From positions 113,398,001 through 113,462,000 of the forward strand of contig OZ024744.1 in the NCBI GenBank assembly GCA_964016885.1: a stretch of DNA of 64,000 bases, read 5' to 3'. The DNA is from Eledone cirrhosa (Eukaryota). Below, piece by piece: positions 1-15,610 of this stretch. The position numbers and the translations under genes were made by a program. The notes under the pieces were generated by a model. That model saw only the letters and a list, made by a program, of their open reading frames with translations, had not been told where the DNA came from and searched no databases. Position 1 is the first letter of the stretch. Every line of letters starts with the position of its first letter.

Positions 1-2670
<2,670 letters not shown>

Positions 2671-3142
2671 ACTTTTTGACTACTATTACTGTAAGAATAA
2701 CCTGCATGGGAATTCTCGCGAACTCGCTACCTAACTGTGAAACCTCTTGTTAAGTCAAACAATGTCATATGTTACAACTATCCACAATACAGAGTATTCA
2801 CAACCTCTAACTGGATTACCTAAAATGATAACTTGTTATCCCATATATATATATATATATACGGGATAACAAATAATAGTTAAATGCAGTCCACTTAGGT
2901 ATAGTCCAGTTATGGTATTCCAGGTAGTGGAAACTCTTACTTCTGCTTCATGACAGCTAGTTTTACACGCCGAAATCTTAGATACACTAAACCCCCCACC
3001 TAAGTAATGTCAGGGTCTCCTCAAATAATTTATTAATAGCATTGTTGTAATTGTTGTTATTGTTCTAATTGAATGCCATTATTACTTCATATAGTAGCCT
3101 GTATATTCTTTTCTTGCCCGTGTATTCTCTTCATTCTCGCAT

Positions 3143-3248
3143 GCTCCGAAGAACTGACTGGTTATAATTTTGTATTGGCGATCGAATAACGTGAAAATAA
3201 GCGAATAGCGATCTCTAGACCTACCAGTTCAGAGAAACAATTGTCAGC
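3143..3248 (+). ncRNA. Type I HHR, CCGAAGA core, long stem II, in PLE pLTR remnant (~2862-3310)
   Basis: GCT-CCGAAGA-[CTGACTGGT...ACCAGTTCAG]-GAAAC-AATT-GTC-AGC. Confidence 0.7.
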
Positions 3249-3309
3249 TATGAGATTAAAAACCTTTTTTGTATAGCAAACCATGCCATGTTAACCTTCT
3301 TTCCTGATT

Positions 3310-3343
<34 letters not shown>

Positions 3344-3673
3344 TATATATACATATATATATTTATTATATACGCGTCAGATAGAGATGTTATAGATTAA
3401 AAGATATTTTTAATGCCCTAGGGACCGTATTAGGCGATTTAGCGATCTCTCTCTCTCTCTCCTTCTCTCTTAGTCTTTCTCTTTTTAGATAGATACATAG
3501 ATATAATGTTGCGCCTTTACAATATTTGTCTGTATGCCTGGCTGTCTGCATTACGACATTATGTATTAGCTGTGTGTGTATATATGTATATATAGTGTGT
3601 GCATATATATATATAGTGTGTAACGTTTTTCGAAATATTTACTTCTGCGTTCACAGATTGATTTTTTTACTTT

Positions 3674-3724
3674 AGTTTCAGAAGATCCCGTTAAGGGTGA
3701 AAGCAGCGATTCTTTACTTAAACT
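3674..3724 (+). ncRNA. Type I HHR, CAGAAGA core (same family at 29389-29439 -, 31035-31085 +, 53450-53500 -; damaged at 30689-30734 and 38996-39046)
   Basis: AGTTT-CAGAAGA-TCCC-GTTAA-GGGT-GAAAGCA...T(G/A)CTT-AAACT; six copies in window. Confidence 0.65.
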
Positions 3725-3883
3725 TTAATCTGTTATTTTAATATATATATATATATATATAATTATATATTTGTGTACAGATATTTTTGCATACACAATA
3801 ACAAAATATAAACAAACATATTTATTTCACGAGGCTTGATAAGGATAAATATATATCAAATATATAAGAACCCTAGAGAAAAT

Positions 3884-3911
3884 CCCGAGCAACGCCGGGC
3901 CATTCTGCTAG
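3884..3911 (+). mobile_element. 3' terminus of non-autonomous Helitron
   Basis: CCCG-AGCAACGC-CGGG hairpin followed by CTAG|T; same terminus at 53096-53125 on minus. Confidence 0.6.
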
Positions 3912-3979
3912 TATATTATATATATCATATATATATATTATATATATATATTGTATATATTATATATATATTTATACAG

Positions 3980-4013
<34 letters not shown>

Positions 4014-4036
4014 GTATATATATAGTATATATATTA

Positions 4037-4112
<76 letters not shown>

Positions 4113-4116
<4 letters not shown>

Positions 4117-4730
4117 TTTACGTATCGAGAAAGAGAGAAAAAGGAGGGATAGGTGATACATATAGTTATTTGCCAAGTAGCGTATGCCAAAGGTGCTCGA
4201 TACTAGTGCCGGCAGTATTAAATATTCGAAGTGTTAATATTTAGTGGGCTAGAGAGATAGCAGAGCGTAAGCACGTGGGAAAGTAAAAGATCGGAGAATA
4301 GACCGTTAAAACATGTTTATTTAAAACAGCACCTGCGTACGTTTCGCCCAGTTGGGCTTCTCAAGGGCATAAATAATCACAAGTGTTCCTTATATAGTTC
4401 GGAAAGAGTTTTTGGGATTAAATCTACATCAAGATTCATTGCTCGCAAAAATATCTTGTTTTGATTTTGCAGCAGGTCAAGGGAGGTAACTCTGGCCGGT
4501 GTTAGGGCAGTCTTTCCCGGATAATTTTTTTTTTTTTTTTTTTTTGCCGCATCCGTTTGTCTGGTATGGGTCTGGTATGCAAGGATTGTTTTCTGGGTGT
4601 TATTTTGCTGCGCCTGCCCGCCGGGGTGTTAAGACTTGTTGCAGGGAGATCCAGTGTACTATTTCACTCTTCATTCTTAACCCATCTAAAGAAGGATATT
4701 TTTAAGCGATGTGTACAACTTATCGCTGAT
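4113..4730 (-). mobile_element. pLTR + tail fragment of the Hydra-type PLE at 23877-27945
   Basis: Near-identical to 27050-27665; flanked by (TA)n; carries mutated UUGAGAA HHR at 4328-4370. Confidence 0.85.
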
Positions 4731-4799
4731 ATTATGAATATATATTAAATATATTATATATATATATATAGTATATATTATATATATATATATTATATT

Positions 4800-5530
4800 T
4801 TAAAGTTGAGACATTAAACAGAAAACAAAAAACGTGGAAGCGAAGAGGCAGTACAAATGTTATTATTAGTTTCATGCTTGAGAGTGGGTGAGGGGACTAC
4901 GTTTCGGGAATAAGCCCTTCATCAGGAGAAAATTGGGCAGGAAGAGAGTTCCAAGGTTGTGTGGGGGAGTGGAGGAAAGACATTAAAAACAATTATTTAA
5001 AAAAAGGTGGGGAGAGAAAGGGGGGGGGGTGGAGAGTAAAAAAAAAAAGTGTGTCAGGCGTGTAGGGGTGGTGGTGGGTGGAGGGAGTGGAGAGGGCAGA
5101 GGGAGACGCGAGGTCCGAGTGGGGAGTACTGAAGGTGGTGTGTGTGTATGTGTGTAGGTGTACGTGTGTATGTGTGTGTGGATGTGAATGTGAGAGTTTG
5201 GGGGAAGAACGAGGTTCCATGTTATGGTAATAGGTAAACCGGTGTGTACATGGGGTGCGGTGTAAGTCAGTGAGTGTGTGTGGGCGTGTAGATGGAGAGG
5301 GGTCAGAGAGGGTGGGGGAGAGGGGGCGTGTGGAGTCCGGAGGCTGAGTGTGTGTATGTGAGGATACGCAAGTGTGTGTTTGTGTGTTTATATGTGGTGT
5401 GGTGCGAAAATAGTGTAAGTGTGTGTGTGTGCCTGGGTTTTTTCCACGGATTGTGAGTTCAGATGCTGGAGATTCAGAGTGTAGCAGGATGGGTAGCTAG
5501 AGCGATGGACATGTGGTGTAAAATCCTGGT
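4800..5530 (-). mobile_element. pLTR/3' UTR fragment related to the Neptune-type PLE at 7681-12168
   Basis: Alignable by eye to 7690-8300; contains CTGATGAAGGGCTTATTCCCGAAACG HHR-like motif (4899-4925, minus). Confidence 0.7.
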
Positions 5531-5550
5531 ATATTTATTATATATAGTAT

Positions 5551-5909
5551 CATCATCATCTTGCAAGGGTGGGACGGGAACTGATTCTGGCTTGATTTCT
5601 ACAGCTGGATGCCCTTCCTAACACCAACCTCATTTACAGTGAGTGCTGGGTGCTTTTTCCGTGGCACCTACACGTCCACTTTACAGTGTGGGCTGGGTGC
5701 TTTTTTTTTTGCGTGGCACCTACACGACCACTTTGCAGTGGAATGATATGGACCCCAGTCCCTAACATCTCATTTCTACAGCTGAGTAAACTGGAGCAAT
5801 GTGAAATAAAGTGCCTTGCTCAAGGAAACAACGCATCACCCGGTCTGAGGATTGAACTCACAACCTTTCGATTGCAAGGCCAATGCTCTAACCACTAAGC
5901 CATATGCCT

Positions 5910-5911
<2 letters not shown>
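5551..5911 (-). mobile_element. tRNA-derived SINE with RTE-type (ATG)n tail
   Basis: Minus head has A box TGGCTTAGTGG and B box GAGTTCAATCC, then TTCCTTGAGCAAGGCACTT central domain; body matches RTE 3' UTR 49291-49400. Confidence 0.85.
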
Positions 5912-7680
<1,769 letters not shown>

Positions 7681-7684
<4 letters not shown>

Positions 7685-10600
7685 GGAAAAATTTGAACAG
7701 GGACAAAACAGAGAGGCAGTACAACAAATATTTATTAATTTCACGCTCTGGAGAGTGGGGTGTTGGTGGGGGACGACGTTTCGGGCATAAGCCCTTCCTC
7801 ATGTGGGAAGTGTGTGGGAACAGAGTTCAAAGGGTGTGTAGGGGAGTGGTGGAGAGACATATAGCGAAAGGAAACGGTGCGAATGAAAAAATAAAAAATA
7901 AAGATAAAAATAAAAATAAAGCATGATCAAAATACAAGGAATGAGATAAATTTAAAAATAAAGGCATGATCAAAATAAACTGAAATTAAAAGGGGGTTAA
8001 ACAGGTGATGGAAGGGTGTGGGGTGTGTAGGGGTGGTGGCGGGTGGAGTGGGGAGAGGGAGACGGGGTGTCCGAGCGGGGAGGGCTGAAGGTGGTGTGTG
8101 TGTGTAGGTGTGCGTGTGTGTCTGTGTGTGTGTATGTGAAAGTAAGGGTTGGGGGAAGAACGGGGTTGCATGTTCAGGAAGTGGTGTGTGTGTGGGGGGG
8201 GGGGGGGAGTTTGTGGGTCGGAGTGTCTGTGCGTGTGTGGATAGAGGGGTGGGGGGAGAGGAATCAGGAGGCTGAGGGTGTAGATATGTGGTGGAAAGCA
8301 CGTCTGTGGGGTTTAAGCGTGTTGTGGGTGTAGGTGGCGTGTGGAGAAAAAATTTTTGGGGGTGTGTGTGTGTGGGTGAGTTATATAGGTGATTACGTAA
8401 GAGGATGGTTGAAAAGTTGGTAAATTCCGAAGATGTTTAGTGGATTGGTGGCTGGTCAATTTCTGCGTGTGGGTATTCCATGAAGCGATGGTCGGAAAAG
8501 GAGAGATGTGGGGTGCGCGCGCAACAGGAAGTGGTCAGCAGTGGGAGTGCTGTGGTCTGTTTGTGCTGGGAGGTGGTCAGAGGGCATAGCAGCAGTCGGT
8601 GGAATGGTAAAGGGGCGAGGATGGGTAGGTGTGAAAGTTGGAGTGAGGAGGGTGTGTGTGTGTCTATTAGTAGGGGTGTTAGTGGGATGAGTGAGTGTTG
8701 AGCGAGGGTGTGGGTGGAGCGGGGAGAGAAGGGTGTGTGTGGTTCTATGGAGGGAGTGTGGTGTACTGGTGTGTGTATAGTTGGATGAAGAGGTGTTAGT
8801 GGGTGTTAGTATACGGGAGGTGGGGAGGGGTTGAATGCAGGTGTGAGTGGGGGTTAGTGGTGGTAGGGTGTGTAGAGTTGGTGGTGTACGAGGGTGTGTG
8901 GGTACGTGTGCGCGGGGTTGGGGGGTGTTAGTGATGTTAGTTGCGTGTGGGGTGGGTGGTGTAAGTGGGTGCGTGTGTTCGTGTGCTTGGGGTTAGGGGG
9001 TGTTAGTGAGGTTAGTTGCGGGGTGGTGGGATGGAGGTGTGGGGTGAGAGGTGTGGGGTGAGGGTTAGTGGTGGTAGTAGGGTGTGTGTTTAGTGTGAGC
9101 GCGTGTATATATGTGCCGGTGGGTGTGTGCGTGTGATAAGGAGGGGGGAGGAGGAGAAGAGGGGAGGGAAGGGATGTTAGTATGTTAGTTGGGGAAGGGT
9201 GGTCAGATGAGGGGTGGAGTGGAGGTGTTAGTGGGGGATAAGTGTGGGGGGAGGGGGCGGTCGAAGGCTAAAGGAATAAGGGTGGGGAGTTCAGGCCGGG
9301 AGAAGTGTAGGTCTGTAAGATGAAGATAGTTCGTTGTTCGACCGTAAGGCGATTGGCGGGGGTTCCGTGGCACTGGAGTAGGCCACAGACTGTGAGATGG
9401 CGTGCGGAATGTCCAGGGCCACCAAAGTGGCGGGCGATGGGGGAACTGCCCCCGAGACGAATATCCCGGAGGTGCTCCGTGACTCGGTCCGCCAGGCGAC
9501 GTCCCGTCTGTCCGACATAAGTCCGTAGACTAGGTTGGAGGAGGTGCAGCGGAAGGCATGCCGGACCGAGAGAGAGTGGCCGTTGGGACCATGGAAGGTG
9601 GTGGTGTTGGTGATGTGGGGACAGGTGTTGCAGCGGGGCCTAGAACAGGGAAAGGAACCGGGGGGGGGAACAGAGCGTGGGTTGGGGGGTAGGGAGCTGT
9701 GGACGAGGAGGGTGCGGAGATTGCGTGCGCGTTTGAAGGAGGGGAGTGGTGGCGTTGGGAAGATGTGGGAGGTGGAGGGGTCGGACTGGAGGCGTCGGAA
9801 GAGGCGGCGGATGGTGCGGTGGAGGGGTAAGGTGGAGGGGTGGTAGGTGATGGGGAAGTGGAGACGGTGGGTGGGTGTGCGGTGGCGTGGGGTGAGGGTG
9901 GTGGAGCGGGGGACAGCACGGGCGCGGGTGAGAGCGGTGTGGACGAGAGAGGGGGGTAACCTCTGCGGATGAAATGGCTGACTAGGGAAAGGGCCTGGGA
10001 CTCAAAGTCAGCATCACGGCTACAGAGGCGGCGGATCCTGAGAAGTTGGGAGTAGGGAATGGAGTGTTTAGTGTGGGTGGGGTGGGAAGAGGTGAAGTCG
10101 AGGTAAGAGTGAGAGTCGGTGGGTTTGAAGAAGGCGGAGGTGACGAGGGAGTGGTGGGAGGGGTCGAAGGCGACGGAGATGTCTAAGAAGTGGACGTGGG
10201 TGGTGGAGATAGAGGTGGTGAAGTGGAGGGAGGGGTGGAAGTAGCAGAAGAAGGAGAGAAAGGAGTCGAGCTGTTCTCGGGTGAGGGTCGTGGCTCCGAT
10301 ACAGTCGTCAATGTAACGACCGTACAGTTCGGGCGTGGGGCCGGTGTACTGGGCAAAGATTTGGGCCTCAACATGGCCAACAAAAAGGTTGGCATAGTTC
10401 GGGCCCATTCTTGTACCCATGGCTACCCCCGTGACCTGTTGGTAAAACTCACCCGAGAAGGAGAAACAATTCAGGGTGAGGACCAGCTCGGCGAGGCGAA
10501 GGTGGGTGGGGGTGGAGGGAATGGGGGAGGGGCGAAGGTCGAGGTAGTGTTTGAGGGCGCGAAGGCCGTCGGCGTGGGGGATGACTGTATAGAGGGACTT

Positions 10601-12168
10601 GATGTCTAGGGTGAAGAGGAAGGGCTGTGGGCCGGGTGGGTAGGTGAAGGAGTCGAAAAGGCGCAGGGCGTGGTTGGTGTCGGAGATGTGGGAGGGGAGG
10701 GTGGTGACAAGGGGAGCGAGGAGGGAGTCGAGAAAGGCGGAGATGAGTTCGGTGGGGCAATTGCAAGCGGAGACGATGGGGCGGCCGGGGTTGTCGGGTT
10801 TGTGGAGTTTGGGGAGGAAGTAGATGGTGGGGGTGCTGGGGGTACGGACGATGAGGTGGGAAGCGGTGGGGGGGGGGGGATGCGATAAGGTCTTTGATCG
10901 TGGAGGAGACTTGTTGTTGGTAGAGGGGGTTGGGATCGGAGGGTAGAGGGCGGTAAAAGAGGAGGTTACAGAGCTGCCTTAGGGCTTCGGCCGTGTAGAG
11001 GTCCGCGCGCCACACCACTACGGCGCCTCCCTTGTCCGCCGGTTTGATGACGATGTCATCTCGGCTACGGAGGGAGCGGAGAGCGAGGAGTTCGCCCCGT
11101 GAGATATTGTACCGTTTGGAACGGTGGCGGAAGTCGAAACGATTTACTGCGCTACGGCTGGCATCGACGAAGGCGTCCAGGGTGCTAAATTGCCCTGGGG
11201 CCGGCGTCCAAGAAGATGGTCGTCGGCCCAGGGCGAGAAACGGGTCTGGGGCGTCCGGAGCAGGTGGCGTTCGGCTGAAATGTGCCTGTAGCTTAGTGCG
11301 TCGCACGAATCGCTCGACTTCCGTTCGGGTGCGGAACTCGTCGCTGTGCGGAGTGTGGGGTATGAAGCGAAGGCCTCTACTAAGGAGTGAGCGCTCAGGT
11401 GCGGAGAGGGGGAGGTCAGGGGGTATGGTGACAACAAGGGTGGGGTTGGGAGTGGAGGGGTGGAGGGGGTGGAGATCGGGTAGGGGTGTGGGTCGAGGGA
11501 GAGGTGGAGAGTGGTGGGCGTATGGGGATGGGCGGGTGGTGGTGGATGGGGGGGGGGAGCTTGCGGGCTTTGGTGGAGCTGAGGAACGAGAAGAGGTTGT
11601 GGTTGAGGTTTTGGATGAAGGAGAGGATGGCTTGGGCGAGGAGGGGGTGGCAGGTGGAGTTAAGGCGGAAGAGGGTGGGGGTCAGTTGGTGGTCAAGTTG
11701 GCGGAGGGTGGAACGGGAGGCGCGGATGGAGTTGCGCATCAGGAGGCGTGAGGATCGGGTGAGGATACGTTGCGTGGAGGGGGAAGCGGCGGGGGAAGCG
11801 GCGGGGGAAGGGTGGAAGTGTAGACGGAAGCCGAGGGAGATAAGGTGGAGGCGGAGACAGTGGCTGAGGAAATGGATGTGGCTGGAGTGCCGGGTTTTGG
11901 CGAAGAGAAGGTAGGAGAGTTGAAGGGCCGAGGGGAGATAGCAGGGTGGGAGGAGGGGGTGAGGAAAAGTTTGAGGCGATTATGTAGTTGGTGGAGAAAG
12001 GATCTCAGGTTGGGCATGATGGGCGTTGGGTGAAAGCAGGGGGAGGGATGAGAAGGCAGGGGTGTGAAGCGGGGTGGAGTGAACGAAGGGGTGAGTGCGA
12101 AGGATAGGCAGAGACGGGGAAGGGAAAATGAAACAGAAAAACGTAGGGAGGGGGGAGTAAACACAGGA
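7681..12168 (-). mobile_element. Near full-length Neptune-type PLE between (TA)n tracts
   Basis: RT motifs KPADKGGAVV, LDIKSLY, MGTRMGPNYANLF, RYIDD, SHP; linker CSRPRCNTC; GIY-YIG YVGQTGRRLADRVTEH; 1.6-kb 3' UTR ending in HHR-like motif at ~7772-7802. Confidence 0.92.
9268..12017 (-). pseudogene. PLE polyprotein (RT + GIY-YIG), several frameshifts in G/C runs
   Basis: ATG at 12017 (MPNLRSF...), pieces in ORFs 11416-11739, 10449-11306, 9530-10420; stop TAG at 9268-9270 after LQTYTSPGLNSPPLFL. Confidence 0.85.
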
Positions 12169-12526
12169 ATATATATATATATATATATATATGATATTAA
12201 ATAAATGGAAACTATATTTATAAAACCATATTTATTTCGTTATATATATTTCAGGGATATCATATTAACAATATGTTATGCCTTCTTCAGACAAAATACA
12301 ATATAAACAGTCTTATAAATAAATAGATACGAGGGGGATAAGGTGGAGGCGGAGAAACTTAAACTATGTCAGCTTTAACTCTAACCACCCCAAATCTGTT
12401 AAAAATACTATAGTAAACTCTGTTCAATCACGTATCTCTAGAATCTCATCTAATAAAAAGATTTTCGACGAAAAAGCCCATTATTACAATGAAGCGTTTG
12501 CTAGAGCAGGATATAGTGATAAAATT

Positions 12527-13321
12527 ATGTACATAGATAATGATAAACAAATTAAACAAAATAACAACTATTTTAACTATGGCGACAACCTTAACAACTA
12601 TAATAGAAAGCATTACAATAATTCCAAAAACCATAAAAGAAATAGAACTAGGAATATAATATGGTTTGCCCCCCCTTTCTCACTAAACATTAAAACCCAC
12701 ATTGCTAAACTATTTTTTAAAGCTCTCGATAATCGCTTCCCTAGAACACATAGGTATCACTCAATTTTCAATAGACATACTATAAAACTAACCTACTCAT
12801 CCACCAAAAATTTAGCGCAAAATATTAATAGAATAAATAACAGGAACTTAAAACCTAGCGATAATAGCATAAATAATATCCAAGTTAACAAATGTAACTG
12901 TAGAGATAGATCTAAATGTCCGTTAAATAACAACTGCTTAGTTAAAAATATAATATACAACTGTAATGTTAAAACGGACGTTAATTCTTTTAACTACGTT
13001 GGTTCTACATCGACGGAATTTAAACTTCGCTATAACAACCACAAGAATTCTTTCACAGATCCATCCAAAAAATCTTCAACAGCACTATCAGGCGTACTCT
13101 GGCAACTTAGGCATGATAACGTTAGATATTCGACGACTTGGAATATAGTTTCAAGGGGGATTCCTTTTAATTCATCCTCTGAGACATGTGACCTCTGTGC
13201 GGAGGAGATATTCTTTATACTAAAATCTAAAAATTCCCTTAATCTACGGACAAATTTATTCAGTTGCTGCAGACATAGATTAAACTCAACGTTTAAATAT
13301 AAATTTAAATTTAAAATGTAG
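12527..13321 (+). pseudogene. PLE C-terminal region: linker + GIY-YIG endonuclease
   Basis: RNIIWFAPPFS, CNCRDRSKCPLNNNC, IIY...YVGSTSTEFKLRYNNH, CDLCAEE, CRH. Confidence 0.9.
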
Positions 13322-14263
13322 TTATGTTTGATTTGATTTGTAATTATTTATGAAACTAGCCGATAAATCTTTCGATTTCTTCTTTTTATTAAAACATTCT
13401 TTTTATTAAAACATTCTTCATGAATAATTAAACTACCCTAAAAGCTGATGCTCCAAATATATCGAATTAAATTTTAAACTAGATAAACTTCTATATTAAA
13501 TATAAGAACATATGTAGACCAAATGGGTATCCTAAACTTTTGGAATGATTTCTGCTAGACAGGATTTGGTAAACAATTTTTGTTTTATCTGTTTCGACTC
13601 TGATGCTTATGATGATCTTGGCAATATATTGTCAATTAACTTTGAAAGGCTGATCTCTGTGTTTTATTTGTATTATTTTTTAATATTTTTTAATATTTTG
13701 TAATATTTTTTATTTTTAATATTAAATGTTTTAGTTTTCTGTTTATTTATTTATTTTCTTGTCTCTGATATTTTTATTTTTATTTTTATTTTTATTAATA
13801 TATTGAAATCTGTTCTCTATTTCTGCTTGATCGACAATAATGTAGAATAAAGACAAGAATAGTATTGTTAAAATTAATATAGACTCTATATATATGTGTA
13901 TATATACACACATATATGTATACTTGAATTTTTATAGCACAATGAGAATGTTTTCGTGTGAATTGGGAGTTTGTTTATAATTATGATATAAACATATGAA
14001 TTTTTAAAAACTAGACATAAGATCATTACTTTTCACACATTATAGATACATGTCTCATTCATGAATACTGGTATTTACATTATAATGCCTGTTTTATACG
14101 AACTAATATTTTCTACGGGATAAAACATAGCGGTTTTAAATTCTGCATCGTTTATGTCTGGTTGTGTTTCATTTTCTCTTTTTCATTTTCTCTTTTTTCT
14201 CTCTATATAACGGCTATTTTCTCTCTTAACTACATACATCTCTCTTTACATTAATACTAGAGC

Positions 14264-14294
<31 letters not shown>

Positions 14295-14600
14295 ATGTAT
14301 CAACCGATACTCAACTTCCTAGTTTCTCTATCTATCTCTATCTATCTCTTTCTTTTTTTCCTCTCTCTATATATATTTCTCTCTGTTTCTTTACATGAAG
14401 TCCTTCTCTTTATCTATCTTTCTATATCTCTCTATTTAGTCACATGCATTTCTTCTTTTTCTTCGTTTCTCTTTCTTTCTCTCTTTATCTCTTTCTTTTT
14501 ACAACTGTCCACAATATTTTTTACTGCCAAATCAACCTCCCAAATGCAAGGTGATTGAAAGGTATGTCGTATCTATTTATTTATAAGACTGTTTATATTG

Positions 14601-14666
14601 TATTTTGTCTGAAGAAGGCATAACATATTGTTAATATGATATCCCTGAAATATATATAACGAAATA
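14601..14666 (+). ncRNA. Type I HHR, CUGAAGA core (mirror copy 12233-12298 -)
   Basis: TATTTTGT-CTGAAGA-[AGG...CCT]-GAAAT-ATAT-ATA-ACGAAATA; 8-bp stem I. Confidence 0.8.
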
Positions 14667-14794
14667 AATATGGTTTTATAAATATAGTTTCCATTTATTT
14701 AATATCATAAATATACTCCAAATACTTGTTGAGTGCTTTTATATCAGTTATAAATATTTACTCGTTGTTAACCCAACAATTTAAATATAACTTT

Positions 14795-14853
<59 letters not shown>

Positions 14854-14878
14854 TATATACATATATATATATATATAC

Positions 14879-15096
<218 letters not shown>

Positions 15097-15112
15097 TTAT
15101 ATATATATATAA

Positions 15113-15364
<252 letters not shown>

Positions 15365-15519
15365 TTATATATATATATATATGTATATAATGAGGTAATT
15401 GTATTGTATTGATTTTTATACATAAAATTTTGCTCTGATACTTACATAGAGCACTCTTCACTTCTATGATCTTTTCTGTTTTCAACGGAAATTTCAATAC
15501 TTATATATTTATATATATA

Positions 15520-15605
<86 letters not shown>

Positions 15606-15610
<5 letters not shown>

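Larger units (their letters stand above)
12193..14797 (+). mobile_element. 5'-truncated Hydra-type PLE with inverted 5' pLTR (12193-12332)
   Basis: 12193-12332 is the reverse complement of ~14567-14707; body starts in RT thumb (SNHP); (TA)n both sides. Confidence 0.9.

Noticed and set aside
2948-3020. SECIS element
   Set aside because: ATGA present but no convincing helix, AA loop and GA geometry, and no linked UGA-at-Cys ORF
4895-4926. Functional HHR in Neptune pLTRs (also ~7772-7802, 35446-35473)
   Set aside because: Core boxes and stem II present but no convincing stem I; kept only as HHR-like
5835-5911. tRNA gene
   Set aside because: A/B boxes run directly into a SINE body and tail; no proper acceptor stem
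8420-8520. Degenerate second GIY-YIG remnant in the Neptune 3' UTR
   Set aside because: Only a faint RFMEY/PI resemblance; not supportable by eye
8850-9070. Interstitial telomeric repeat
   Set aside because: Only one true TTAGGG; the recurring unit is GTTAGT, non-tandem, inside a PLE UTR
9535-12033. Plus-strand Gly/Arg/Glu-rich ORFs and other antisense ORFs over RTE, BovB and Tx1 copies
   Set aside because: Shadows of real retroelement ORFs on the opposite strand
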